A DNA stretch of 64,000 bases from Theionarchaea archaeon. Its GTDB lineage: Archaea; Methanobacteriota_B; Thermococci; Methanofastidiosales; SZ-28-30. The translations under genes were made by a program, and so were the position numbers. The stretch spans positions 3,257-67,256 of the forward strand of contig JACVGT010000008.1 in assembly GCA_018992685.1 (NCBI GenBank), in the 5' to 3' direction. Under the pieces are notes generated by a model that was not told the origin of the DNA, ran no database searches, and saw only the letters and a list, made by a program, of their open reading frames with translations. Shown here piece after piece: positions 28,449-37,911 of the stretch; position 1 is the stretch's first letter; every line of letters starts with the position of its first letter.

Positions 28449-28907
28449 TCAAGGAAAATCATATACTGCAATCACCACTACACAGCCATATTCATCACAT
28501 TCGCCCTCTATCACTTTAAAATCAGGCTGAGAATTCCAGGTCCAGTCGCGGGCAGCAGCCATTTCCTTCAGTCCTGAAGCCAGGTTCGCCGTCACATCCT
28601 CCATGGTTTCTCCCCACCCCTCCAGGAGTATGCCCCCCTCCACGGACTGCATCCAGGCGAGACCGGCAGAAATCCGGGACGGGCCCTTGATGATCTTCCG
28701 CGCCATCACAACATATACAATGTCTCCGGGAATCCTGTTGCATCGATTGATGTACTCATGGGTTTTTTCAATCACAGCTCCCGGTGGAATCACAGAGGTC
28801 AAAGGGATCAAATTGAAGTTGTTTACTCCTGCTTCAGCCAGGGCAAGATCAAAACTACCTAAGGGAGTTGTTCCCTTCCCTGTACCCCAGACAATCTGTA
28901 TGTTCAT
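28449..28907 (-). CDS. pdaD: Pyruvoyl-dependent arginine decarboxylase. Probable start MNIQIVWG; the track ORF extends to 28961.
   Basis: 'GTTPLGSFDLALAEAGVNNFNLIPLTSVIPPGA' aligns with the PdaD self-cleavage region (NLIRISSIMPP in M. jannaschii). Confidence 0.8.
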   Translation of the reverse strand: MNIQIVWGTGKGTTPLGSFDLALAEAGVNNFNLIPLTSVIPPGAVIEKTHEYINRCNRIPGDIVYVVMARKIIKGPSRISAGLAWMQSVEGGILLEGWGETMEDVTANLASGLKEMAAARDWTWNSQPDFKVIEGECDEYGCVVVIAVYDFP

Positions 28908-29011
28908 AGTAGAGCAAGATGACTGAATCCTATAAGTATCTTTCTCACATATTGGAATCAATACCTTGAAACCAGGAAAACCTTTTTCAACAGCCCCCTC
29001 GTAACAGCCTC

Positions 29012-29761
29012 ATGGAAGACCATACCTTGTCTACAGCAGAGAATGTCCCCGTATATTATGACATTGCTACGGCGGGTTCACGAGCCGTGGCCTTTCTCGT
29101 TGACTACAGTATCATCGTACTGGCCTCTCTCGCATTGATTTTGGTCACGGATGCCCTCGACCATTTCGGGCTCAGGGGGTTCTCTTCCTATGCTGTTGCA
29201 CTGATCTACGTCGTGGTGGGAACATTGACCTGGGGATATTTTGTTGTCAGTGAGCTGGCACTGAACGGCAGCTCTATTGGAAAGAACATAATGGGGTTGC
29301 GAGTCATAAAAGAAGATGCAACTCCCATAGATGTTGTTGACTCTCTCACACGGAATTTTGTCAGATACATTGATTTATGGCCCGGTACATGCCTCGTGGG
29401 ATTCACCGTGATGATGCTCAATGCGAAATCAAAGAGATTGGGGGATTTTGCTGCAGGCACGATTGTAGTAAGAACGAGGTCAGTTGGTCTGGACAAGCTG
29501 GAACTTGGAGAATCATCCTACGACTACACAGTCAGCAGGAGTCCATACCTCAGCCAGATCACCCCCGACGAATATCAGCTGATGAGAGAGTTTCTTGTGA
29601 GATATGAAAAGATCCCCATTCATAAGGCGTACATGATTGCAGCAAAAATCGCCTCTGAGATGGCAGAGAAGCTTCATCTAGAAGCTCCCAGAGGAATGGA
29701 GAATTGCATATTGTTCCTGAAAAGTTGCGCCAAGTACTACAGACACAAACCAAAAGTTTAA
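29012..29761 (+). CDS. RDD-family membrane protein with a C-terminal cytoplasmic domain
   Basis: RDD segment 'RAVAFLVDYSIIVLASL...' with 3 TM helices. 249 aa. It is the first gene of a co-directional six-gene cluster. Confidence 0.6.
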   Translation: MEDHTLSTAENVPVYYDIATAGSRAVAFLVDYSIIVLASLALILVTDALDHFGLRGFSSYAVALIYVVVGTLTWGYFVVSELALNGSSIGKNIMGLRVIKEDATPIDVVDSLTRNFVRYIDLWPGTCLVGFTVMMLNAKSKRLGDFAAGTIVVRTRSVGLDKLELGESSYDYTVSRSPYLSQITPDEYQLMREFLVRYEKIPIHKAYMIAAKIASEMAEKLHLEAPRGMENCILFLKSCAKYYRHKPKV

Positions 29762-30733
29762 ATGGGATCGACGGTTTCCCTCTGTATGGACCGCAATCAG
29801 TTTCTAAGACCCATGGGATTGGGTGAACTCCTTGATTCCTCTGTCAGATTGTACAGAAAGAACTTTCTCTTGCTGGTAATAGCCCAGCTTCCTTTGGCGG
29901 TGTTTTACCTCTTGCAGAATGCTTACAATTATTACACTGGTGCTGGAGGAAGTGGACTTTTGGAGATTTATGAGATATTCAATGATCCCCTTGGCTACAC
30001 AGCTCCTCAGCAGGCTGCTCCCATATCAGCTTTTTGGAATTTTCTGATTGTCATGCTGTTCACCCTTTTTCAGATAGGGTTAATATACCCTCTGACTCTC
30101 TCTGCAGTTACCAAGGTCGCTTCTGACACCATCCTGGAGGGTGAAGCATCAGTGAAGAACGCTTACAGATACTCCTTGAAGAACTGGCTCAAACTAGGTG
30201 TAACCAATGTCATCTACACCATAGCTCTTATCGTCGTCCTGGCAGTGGCCGTGAGCATACCTGCAGTTGTAGTCATTTCAATTGTTGCATACGCAGCACT
30301 GTCTGGGGGCGCAGGATTCATGTCGGGATTAATTGTAGGCATCATTGTAATACTAACGGGTTTTTTCATTGCTGGAATCGTGTGGGTCCGTCTGTCAGTG
30401 ATGTATCCAATCATGGTCAATGAGAAGGTCTTCATTTTTGAAGCAATGAGCCGCAGCTGGAAATTGGTGGGAGGACACACCTTCCGTCTGTATGCAGCCT
30501 TGATAATAGTTTTCTTGATTCCTACTGTGCTACAGTCCTCCTCACTTATCCTGGAAGGTCTGTTTAGCAGGTCGATGTATATGGTAATCATGGCGCTGGG
30601 CCTGCTAACTCAGGGAATACTGATTCCACTGGCAGACTGCACCCGAGTGTTGGCTTACTTCGACTTGCGAACGAGAAAAGAAGGATTCGATCTGGAGATG
30701 AGAACGCAGAACCTGTCACTGCCAGCAGAGTGA
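29762..30733 (+). CDS. Polytopic membrane protein (GPDPase-membrane-domain-like / DUF)
   Basis: 323 aa with 6-7 TM helices. Its start codon abuts the upstream stop (TAAATG). Confidence 0.5.
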   Translation: MGSTVSLCMDRNQFLRPMGLGELLDSSVRLYRKNFLLLVIAQLPLAVFYLLQNAYNYYTGAGGSGLLEIYEIFNDPLGYTAPQQAAPISAFWNFLIVMLFTLFQIGLIYPLTLSAVTKVASDTILEGEASVKNAYRYSLKNWLKLGVTNVIYTIALIVVLAVAVSIPAVVVISIVAYAALSGGAGFMSGLIVGIIVILTGFFIAGIVWVRLSVMYPIMVNEKVFIFEAMSRSWKLVGGHTFRLYAALIIVFLIPTVLQSSSLILEGLFSRSMYMVIMALGLLTQGILIPLADCTRVLAYFDLRTRKEGFDLEMRTQNLSLPAE

Positions 30734-30748
30734 TGAACTGCCCATCAA

Positions 30749-31327
30749 ATGAGAACCCTGGAGGGGATACCCATGATAGTGTACAGTAGCCCGAGCCCAG
30801 AAGAGATTGAGGAAGACCTTGAGGAGATTCTGAGAGAACTTGGGTACATTAGGTCAGAGTACCCACCTACCGTTCCTCTCCCTGTATCCAAGGCAGTGCT
30901 GATCATTTTTGTTCTTGTTCTCATGCTTCTCCTGACGTATCTGGTGGTAACCTGGATTTCACGTCCCTCGGGAAAAGTCACTATCCCCCGGAAAAGAGAA
31001 GAAGAAATTCTGGTGAAAAAAAAGGATTACTATGGACTGTACAAGACAGCCCTGACCCTGGGATCTAGAAAGGAGTATGCAGAAGCAGTACGCATTCTAT
31101 ACATGGCACTCCTTGTGCTCCTAGACACTCAGAATGTAATTTCATATCATCCATCTTTAACAAACTATGAGTACAGGCAGAAAGTTCATGCCTACGCTTT
31201 CAGTGGCCTCTTCAACAGGATGACCAGCATCTTTGACGTTGTATACTACGGTGGTACTCCTGCAACAGGACATGACTTTTCCCAGTGCGTGGAAGCTTTC
31301 ACGCACATTCAGGAGGCGCTATCATGA
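30749..31327 (+). CDS. DUF4129-domain membrane-anchored protein
   Basis: One TM then 'DYYGLYKTALTLGSRKEYAEAVRILYMALLVLLDTQNVISYHPSLTNYEYRQ', typical of DUF4129. 192 aa. Confidence 0.6.
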   Translation: MRTLEGIPMIVYSSPSPEEIEEDLEEILRELGYIRSEYPPTVPLPVSKAVLIIFVLVLMLLLTYLVVTWISRPSGKVTIPRKREEEILVKKKDYYGLYKTALTLGSRKEYAEAVRILYMALLVLLDTQNVISYHPSLTNYEYRQKVHAYAFSGLFNRMTSIFDVVYYGGTPATGHDFSQCVEAFTHIQEALS

Positions 31328-32250
31328 AGTGGGCACATGTTCTCACACTCGTGGTGTTCGTGGTGGGAGTGGTGTCAGTGGCTGTCATTGCAGAACAAGT
31401 CAATCTCCCGCCTGCTCATTCTTCAAAAGACGCTGAAGAAATGGGAACCCTGGCCTTTTACCTGCTGATGGAAAAGTACACGGAAGTGGAACGAATTAAA
31501 GACACCATAGAAGCGTTGGATCCCGGAAGCCTCCTTCTGATCTATCCTGTTCGACCCCTGGCTCCAGAAGAAAAGGAACATGTACTCACCTGGGTGAAGG
31601 AGGGGAACAGACTGATCATATTCACTGAATCGCCTGAAATAGCAGAGGATTTTGGAGTGAACATCACCCCAGCCGAGGACGGACTGGCCTCAATAACCCC
31701 CAATGATCACTGGTCAACCAGAGATGTCCACATGGTCAGGGTTCGCTATCAGCAGTCCATCGACACCGATGTCAATATCATCCTGGCTGATGCTGAGAAT
31801 GTCCTGGCAGCAGAAATCCCATATGGATTGGGAGAAATCGTCGTCATCACTTGTACCTCACTGGTTGAAAATTATTCTATTGACCGGGCTGATAATGAGA
31901 TATTCCTGGTCCGGCTATCCCTCTCTGAGAAAGTGTATTTTGACGAGTACCACCTCTACCTGATTGATCAGTCAACGGGGATGACTCTCAGCAAGATCAA
32001 GACTGCATTTTCCTCCAGGTACAGCTCGTTTTTCATTCAATTGATCATTACAATTACCATATTCATGGTGAGCTATGGTAAGCGATTTGGGAAGGCAAGA
32101 CCATCTGTTACCAGGGGCGTACAGTCCTCGCAACTGGTGACTTCTGCAGCAGAACTGTACTACAGGGCACGGAAAAAGGAAATTCTGGATCTGATTGAAG
32201 CCCATTCCCCGCTTATTCACAGCAATAAAAACTCTGATATAAAGCCCTGA
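31324..32250 (+). CDS. DUF4350-like protein with N- and C-terminal TM anchors. Probable start is MKWAHVL (ATGA overlap); the track ORF starts at 31285.
   Basis: N-terminal TM, a large extracytoplasmic domain and a C-terminal TM. Position and topology match DUF4350 partners of MoxR/DUF58. Confidence 0.5.
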   Translation: MKWAHVLTLVVFVVGVVSVAVIAEQVNLPPAHSSKDAEEMGTLAFYLLMEKYTEVERIKDTIEALDPGSLLLIYPVRPLAPEEKEHVLTWVKEGNRLIIFTESPEIAEDFGVNITPAEDGLASITPNDHWSTRDVHMVRVRYQQSIDTDVNIILADAENVLAAEIPYGLGEIVVITCTSLVENYSIDRADNEIFLVRLSLSEKVYFDEYHLYLIDQSTGMTLSKIKTAFSSRYSSFFIQLIITITIFMVSYGKRFGKARPSVTRGVQSSQLVTSAAELYYRARKKEILDLIEAHSPLIHSNKNSDIKP

Positions 32251-32263
32251 GAGGTGAAAAAAA

Positions 32264-33205
32264 GTGTTTAATGATGTGGTAACCCAGATGAAAACGGAAC
32301 TCCACAAAGTCATTGTGGGGTATGATTCACTTCTGGAATTGCTGTTGGTTTCCTTCTTCTCTTCTGGACACTGTCTCCTGGAAGGAGTGCCGGGGACAGC
32401 CAAGACCTTGATGGTGAGAGCGTTGTCCAAGATACTGAGTCTTGATTTCTGTAGAATTCAGTTCACTCCGGATTTGATGCCTTCAGACATTATTGGAACC
32501 AATGTCTTTGACTTGGACACGGGGACATTCCACCTGAAGAAAGGTCCCATCTTCACCAATCTGCTCCTTGCCGATGAAATCAACAGGGCCCCTCCCAAGA
32601 CACAGGCTGCTTTGCTGGAAGCCATGGAAGAACGACAGGTGACCATAGATGGAGTGACGCATCCTCTTTGTGAGTTCATGGTATGTGCCACTCAGAACCC
32701 CATTGAGTACGAAGGAACCTATCCTCTACCTGAGGCGCAGCTGGACCGGTTCATGATGAAATTGGCGGTCCCCTATCCTGACATCAAGGAAGAGGTTGAC
32801 ATACTCCAGCTCTATCAGACGGGGTTTGATGCACATAACTTGGATGCCATCCACTTTGACTACCGTGTGGACCAGGAACAGATTGAGGCTATCAGGAAGG
32901 AGATCTTCCAGGTGAGAATTCAGCCTGAGGTCATGGAGTACATCACCAGGATTGTCAGAGCCACCAGAGAGTCACCTCACGTTGTCCTGGGTGCCAGCCC
33001 TCGAGCATCTGTGGTGCTCTTCCAGACGGCAAAGAGTTTTACAGCCATGCAGGACGAACAATTCGTTACTCCTGATACTGTGAAACGGATGGCTTTTCCT
33101 GTGATGCGCCACCGGATTATTCTGAAACCTGAAGCTGAAATTGAAGGGTTGACAGCAGACCAAGTGATTGCAGAGTGCCTGGAAAAGGTGGAGGTGCCCC
33201 GGTAG
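32264..33205 (+). CDS. MoxR-family AAA+ ATPase
   Basis: 'LLEGVPGTAKT' Walker A, 'LLADEINRAPPKTQAALLEAMEE' Walker B/sensor. 313 aa. Confidence 0.9.
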   Translation: MFNDVVTQMKTELHKVIVGYDSLLELLLVSFFSSGHCLLEGVPGTAKTLMVRALSKILSLDFCRIQFTPDLMPSDIIGTNVFDLDTGTFHLKKGPIFTNLLLADEINRAPPKTQAALLEAMEERQVTIDGVTHPLCEFMVCATQNPIEYEGTYPLPEAQLDRFMMKLAVPYPDIKEEVDILQLYQTGFDAHNLDAIHFDYRVDQEQIEAIRKEIFQVRIQPEVMEYITRIVRATRESPHVVLGASPRASVVLFQTAKSFTAMQDEQFVTPDTVKRMAFPVMRHRIILKPEAEIEGLTADQVIAECLEKVEVPR

Positions 33206-34488
33206 TGGTTCCTTCTTCTCGATGTGTAATCCTTTTTGCTCTGGGCTGTCTCGTGGCTGTACTAGGGAAGGCTCCATACTACAATGCTGTGGTCCTTGCC
33301 GTAATCATTACTGATTTTCTGATTTCATATAGACAGTCTTTCGTTCTAACGCGAGATTTTGACCCTGTCCTTTCCATTGGGGTGGAGAATCCAGTCTCCA
33401 TAGGAGTGGAAAACAATTCACCAGCCCCCCTCCGTCTCCTCATAAAGGATGAGTACCCTACAGGATTTTCCAGCAGCTGTCCTGAACTCTCAACCACGAT
33501 CCCTGCCTTTGAATCTGAGACTCTCAGGTATACGGTCACCCCCTATAAACGAGGAGAATACCTGTTTGGAACCTGCTTTGTCCGGAGAAGAAGCAGGCTG
33601 GGACTGTGGCTTTTTGACGAGGCTGTTCCGATGAAAGAAGATGCCCGGGTCTATCCCAATGTCCAGATGGTAAGAAAGTATGATCTTCTGTCAAGAAAAC
33701 AGATGTTGAACCTGGCCGGGATAAAGCCTTCCAGAATCTTTGGGCAGGGTACAGAATTTGAAATGCTCAGAGATTACCAGGTGGATGATGAGTACAGGGC
33801 GATAGACTGGAAGGCCACATCCAAGAAAGGAACACCTGTTTCCAGAGTGTACCAGGTGGAAAGAACTAAGAGAGTAGTGCTGATGCTGGACACGGGAAGA
33901 ATCATGGGGGTCAATGTGGGGGATTTGACCAAACTGGAGCATGCTGTCAATTCTGCCCTGCTGGTCTCTTTTGTTGCCCTGCGACTGGGTGAACGGGTGG
34001 GGTTATGTACTTTCTCTTCAGAGATAAAAGAGTACATACCTCCGCAGGGAAGACAGATCCAGTTCCCAATCATCTTGAAAACACTATACAATGTTAAGGG
34101 TGATTCTTTTGAATCTGACTACAAGAAAGCCTTTGAGTTCGTGGCCTCTCAAAACAAGAAGAGGACCTTGGTGATTGTGTACACTGATTTGATTGAAAGC
34201 CATATTTCCAGAGGATTGATTCAGTACTCAGCAGCTCTTCAAAGAGCTCACCTTCCCATGGTGGTTGCAGTCAAGGATACAAACATAGCCCACATTGCCA
34301 ATAGCATTCCCGGGTCGGAACGAGAACTGTACCAAAAGGCAGTGGCTCTGAGTCTGCTAAAAGAGAGGAAGAAGGCCATAGCCGAATTGACGAGAAGAGG
34401 AATGCGAGTGGTGGATGAACTCCCCGAGAATCTGACCATTTCCACCTTAAACAAATACCTGGAGTTGAAACACACATACAGAATCTAA
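33175..34488 (+). CDS. DUF58 protein (vWA-like partner of MoxR)
   Basis: 'FEMLRDYQVDDEYRAIDWKATSKKGTPVSRVYQVERTKRVVLMLDTG' is the DUF58 hallmark. N-terminal TM helices. 437 aa. Confidence 0.8.
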   Translation: MPGKGGGAPVVVPSSRCVILFALGCLVAVLGKAPYYNAVVLAVIITDFLISYRQSFVLTRDFDPVLSIGVENPVSIGVENNSPAPLRLLIKDEYPTGFSSSCPELSTTIPAFESETLRYTVTPYKRGEYLFGTCFVRRRSRLGLWLFDEAVPMKEDARVYPNVQMVRKYDLLSRKQMLNLAGIKPSRIFGQGTEFEMLRDYQVDDEYRAIDWKATSKKGTPVSRVYQVERTKRVVLMLDTGRIMGVNVGDLTKLEHAVNSALLVSFVALRLGERVGLCTFSSEIKEYIPPQGRQIQFPIILKTLYNVKGDSFESDYKKAFEFVASQNKKRTLVIVYTDLIESHISRGLIQYSAALQRAHLPMVVAVKDTNIAHIANSIPGSERELYQKAVALSLLKERKKAIAELTRRGMRVVDELPENLTISTLNKYLELKHTYRI

Positions 34489-34721
34489 TTTTGTGCCCTT
34501 TGCAGAAGACGCTTGTGACAAAATCCAGGAGAGAGGGATTGACATTCGACCTTCCTCGGACTTCGGAATTCTGTTCCTGTTAAGAGCAGATGTAACTGCT
34601 TCACATGCTTCAGCCTGCTTCCTTAAACGTGCCGGGCGCTCACAGAATTCGGGGGAACCACTCTGTCACGTGTGGATTCACTGTGAAGCTCTTTGAAGAT
34701 TCATCTAGCATTGCACCTACA

Positions 34722-34729
34722 GTAATCTA
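34722..34729 (+). promoter_or_regulatory. Putative TATA box (TATTTAAG) ~27 nt upstream of gltX
   Basis: AT-rich octamer in the 267-bp intergenic region. Confidence 0.3.
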
Positions 34730-34755
34730 TTTAAGATTTAGTTAGAAGAATTCCT

Positions 34756-36435
34756 ATGGAAGCCCTTACCATTATCAAAAAATACACCTTAATGAATGCT
34801 TTAGAATACCAGGGGACAGCGTCTGCAAAAGCTGTCATGGGAAAAGTCATGGGGGAGAGCGAAGAACTCCGAAGAGACCCCAAGAGGACCATGCAATTAA
34901 TCCAGGAGGAAGTCATAAAAATCAATCAACTGAATAAAGAAGAACAGGAGTCAGAATTAAAAAAGATCTACCCAGAATATTTTCAGGAGAAAGAAGTCAA
35001 AGAAAAAAAGGAATTGCCCCCTTTGCCAGATGTCGATCACGTCGTTACCAGATTACCACCAGAACCCAATGGCCTCCCCCATATTGGGCACGGGCTATCT
35101 TTCTACTTCAACTACTACTATGCCCGAAGGTATAATGGCACCGTCATTTTGCGCTTTGATGACACAAACCCTGAAAAAGAAGAGCTTCTCTACTACGAAA
35201 AGATGAAGGAAGGAATTACCTGGCTGAAAATCGACTGGGACAAAGAACACTACGAATCTGGTGATCTTCCACTATTCTATGACTATGCTGAAAAAATGAT
35301 TACCAGTGGGGATGCGTACATTTGTTTCTGCCCCCAGTCTAGGATCAAGACCGACAGGTATCACATGAGAGAATGCGGGTGCAGAAAGCGAAATGTTTCA
35401 GAGAATGTACAATTGTGGAAGGAAATGCTTTCTGGTACGAAGTACATCCTCCGATTAAAAGGAGACATGAAAGCTCCTGATTCACAAATGAGAGATCCCA
35501 CCCTGTTTCGAGTGGTCACTGCTCCCCATCCCATCCAAAAGGAGAAATACTGTGTGTGGCCCACCTATGATTTCGCCTGCGCTATTGAAGATTCAGTACT
35601 GGGTATCACACACGTCCTGCGGTCCAACGAGTTCCACACACGTCTGCAGAACTACATCAGGGACGCCTTGGGGATGCGACACCCTGTTATCATCCAGTAC
35701 TCCCGGTTCAACGTCAGAGGTTCACCCGCTTCCAAGAGACAACTGAGACCCTTGATTGCCCAGGGACTGGTTGAAGGCTGGGATGATATTCGATTGACGA
35801 CCTTGGTTGCCCTGAAAAGACGCGGCATCGTTCCTGAGACAATTCACGCTCTGGCCAAAGAGATGGGACTCTCGACGTCAGAGCCGGAGATTGACTGGTC
35901 GATTATCGAAGCACTAAACAGGAAAATCATTGATCCCACTGCTAGAAGGTACTTCTTTGTTCCGAATCCTATCAAGATCACAGTTGAAGGTGCTCCTTCA
36001 ATAACGGTGAAGCTCAAGCTGCATCCAGACATAGACTACGGAAACAGAGAGATAACCACTGGTGGAGTATTCTTCGTGCCCAGATCAGATATTGCAGCTA
36101 TCAAAGATGAATTCAGGCTCAAGGACCTGTTCAATGTACGTGTTACTGGAAAAGGAGAAGAGATCCAGGGAGAGTTTGCAGGAAAGGAAGTCAAGAAAGA
36201 CCTCGAGAAGATACAGTGGGTCACTGACGATCATGTCAAGGTGCGAGTCCTTGTCCCTCACGAGCTGTTCAAAGAGGGAGAGTTCAATCCTGATAGTCTT
36301 GAGGTGATTGAAGGACTGGCTGAAAAAGCAGCGGGGGAGCTTCCCGTGGGTGAGATTGTGCAGTTTGAACGGTTTGGATTCTGCCGGATTGATAGGACTG
36401 GAGAAGAGATTACTGCATGTTTTGCTCATCGATAG
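34756..36435 (+). CDS. gltX: Glutamyl-tRNA synthetase, archaeal/eukaryotic type
   Basis: 'LPPEPNGLPHIGHG' HIGH motif, class I catalytic core and C-terminal anticodon-binding domain. 559 aa. Confidence 0.9.
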   Translation: MEALTIIKKYTLMNALEYQGTASAKAVMGKVMGESEELRRDPKRTMQLIQEEVIKINQLNKEEQESELKKIYPEYFQEKEVKEKKELPPLPDVDHVVTRLPPEPNGLPHIGHGLSFYFNYYYARRYNGTVILRFDDTNPEKEELLYYEKMKEGITWLKIDWDKEHYESGDLPLFYDYAEKMITSGDAYICFCPQSRIKTDRYHMRECGCRKRNVSENVQLWKEMLSGTKYILRLKGDMKAPDSQMRDPTLFRVVTAPHPIQKEKYCVWPTYDFACAIEDSVLGITHVLRSNEFHTRLQNYIRDALGMRHPVIIQYSRFNVRGSPASKRQLRPLIAQGLVEGWDDIRLTTLVALKRRGIVPETIHALAKEMGLSTSEPEIDWSIIEALNRKIIDPTARRYFFVPNPIKITVEGAPSITVKLKLHPDIDYGNREITTGGVFFVPRSDIAAIKDEFRLKDLFNVRVTGKGEEIQGEFAGKEVKKDLEKIQWVTDDHVKVRVLVPHELFKEGEFNPDSLEVIEGLAEKAAGELPVGEIVQFERFGFCRIDRTGEEITACFAHR

Positions 36436-36447
36436 TGCCAGGCGAAT

Positions 36448-37479
36448 CTAGCTGTCATGGGTTTGTTTTCTCAGGAACTGATCTCTTTCTTTTTTCAACT
36501 GCTGAAGATACAGTCTCAATTGTTCAGAAAATATCTCTCTGTCTTTGGGATTTCGCGCATTCTCTATCGTGTTTATCAGTTCCTCCAGGTACGTGACCCT
36601 CCGAACCGGTATCTCAAAGTTCCCAAAATCCTTCCCCAGCTCTTCTTCAAAAATCTGTCCCATGGTGACAACTCCCATCCTTGGTGGTTTGTCAGTAGAA
36701 ATGGAGAAAATATGCCTTATTCGATTGAAAAATCGCTTTGATGCTGCAGAATGACGCAATTCGTAATCAAGAATGTCAGATCTCTCATGTTCCATGCGAC
36801 TTCTGCGCGGAACAGTGGTGTCTCCAGACATCCTTTGGTCCTGATGGTCCATGACGTGGTTAAATGCATCCAGCCATTTCCTGGACAGAGATTTCCCCTT
36901 TATTTCCTTTATCGTCTCCCCCGATATTTCTCCTGCTGTGCTTCCTGCCTTCCCCCCAATGACGTCACCTATCACCTCACCGACCTTACCAGAAAGAGAT
37001 TCTCCAATTCTCTCTCCTATCTCACCACCCAGTAGTCCCACGCCCAGTCCCGCTATTATGTCGAGATACAGAGTTTTTTGCGGCTTCAACAGGAACTTTC
37101 TGGTTCGGGCCACTTCATCATAGGTCACCACAATCGTGTTCTCTAATCGCTTCTTCTTGACCTTTCTCACTGCAGAAGTACGTATCTCGAAATGTTTTCT
37201 GCTCCTTCCTGCTGCTACTGAAATAAGATGAAACAATGTCCTAATTTCGACCCTGCCAACAAAGACAAAGCGTTTGTTGGTAAGGAAGGCATCACCTGTG
37301 TTAAAATGGCCAAAGATCTTGGATTCAGAAAATTTGGCATGCGATGAGAGTATCAGTTGCTCATCTGATTCAAGTAAAAGCTCAGCCATATGCTTTCCCT
37401 CACCATATGTTAAACTGTGGAGAATAAAAACATTTCCTTTCTTTATGTCAGAGCCGAGAATATGTGGCAAAGCTATCAA
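36448..37479 (-). CDS. Hypothetical protein with an N-terminal bacterial-type PH/GRAM domain, a central Gly-rich repeat, and a C-terminal domain of unknown function
   Basis: 'SDEQLILSSHAKF...GDAFLTNKRFVFVG' fits bPH_2. 'GLLGGEIGERIGESLSGKVGEVIGDVIGGKAGSTAGEISGE' is a G-x-x-x-G repeat. Confidence 0.5.
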   Translation of the reverse strand: MIALPHILGSDIKKGNVFILHSLTYGEGKHMAELLLESDEQLILSSHAKFSESKIFGHFNTGDAFLTNKRFVFVGRVEIRTLFHLISVAAGRSRKHFEIRTSAVRKVKKKRLENTIVVTYDEVARTRKFLLKPQKTLYLDIIAGLGVGLLGGEIGERIGESLSGKVGEVIGDVIGGKAGSTAGEISGETIKEIKGKSLSRKWLDAFNHVMDHQDQRMSGDTTVPRRSRMEHERSDILDYELRHSAASKRFFNRIRHIFSISTDKPPRMGVVTMGQIFEEELGKDFGNFEIPVRRVTYLEELINTIENARNPKDREIFSEQLRLYLQQLKKERDQFLRKQTHDS

Positions 37480-37535
37480 CTAGAGTGTAGTAGTACTCTG
37501 GTATCTCAAAAGAACAGACATTCGCCACCAGTTCC

Positions 37536-37778
37536 CTAGAGTCCCTTGAGTTTCTCCATCACTTTCTCCTTTCCGTCCTGATCCTGGAGCAATCGCTTGA
37601 GCTCTTTCCACGTTGAGCTGCAGTCTTTATACTCCACACCCACCAGGGAATGAAGTGCCCTGTCAATATCCTTCTTGTTTTCCTTGGTGACTGTGACCCC
37701 TGCCCTTTGAAAGACATCCGACATATGCCTGAAGTAACACGACATAAACCGTTCTTGGGATTGCAGATTTAAATACAT
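37536..37778 (-). CDS. Small hypothetical protein (~70-80 aa), the C-terminal part of a longer track ORF
   Basis: 'MSCYFRHMSDVFQRAGVTVTKENKKDIDRALHSLVGVEYKD...' has protein-like composition. The upstream part of the track ORF overlaps a divergent promoter region and is unlikely to be coding. Confidence 0.3.
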   Translation of the reverse strand: MYLNLQSQERFMSCYFRHMSDVFQRAGVTVTKENKKDIDRALHSLVGVEYKDCSSTWKELKRLLQDQDGKEKVMEKLKGL

Positions 37779-37911
37779 TTTGAGGAGCAATTGAATAGAT
37801 TTTGTCCACCGTTCTCTTACCGTTACTGTGCAGCCTGAAATTGGGCTGAATAAGTGGTCTTCTCTAACCCGGTCAGCCAAAACCCTAATAGGCATCAGTG
37901 AAACCCACACC

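Noticed and set aside
34493-34696. 67-aa ORF in the DUF58-gltX intergenic region
   Set aside because: No Shine-Dalgarno or promoter spacing. Overlaps the predicted gltX TATA region. Composition atypical.
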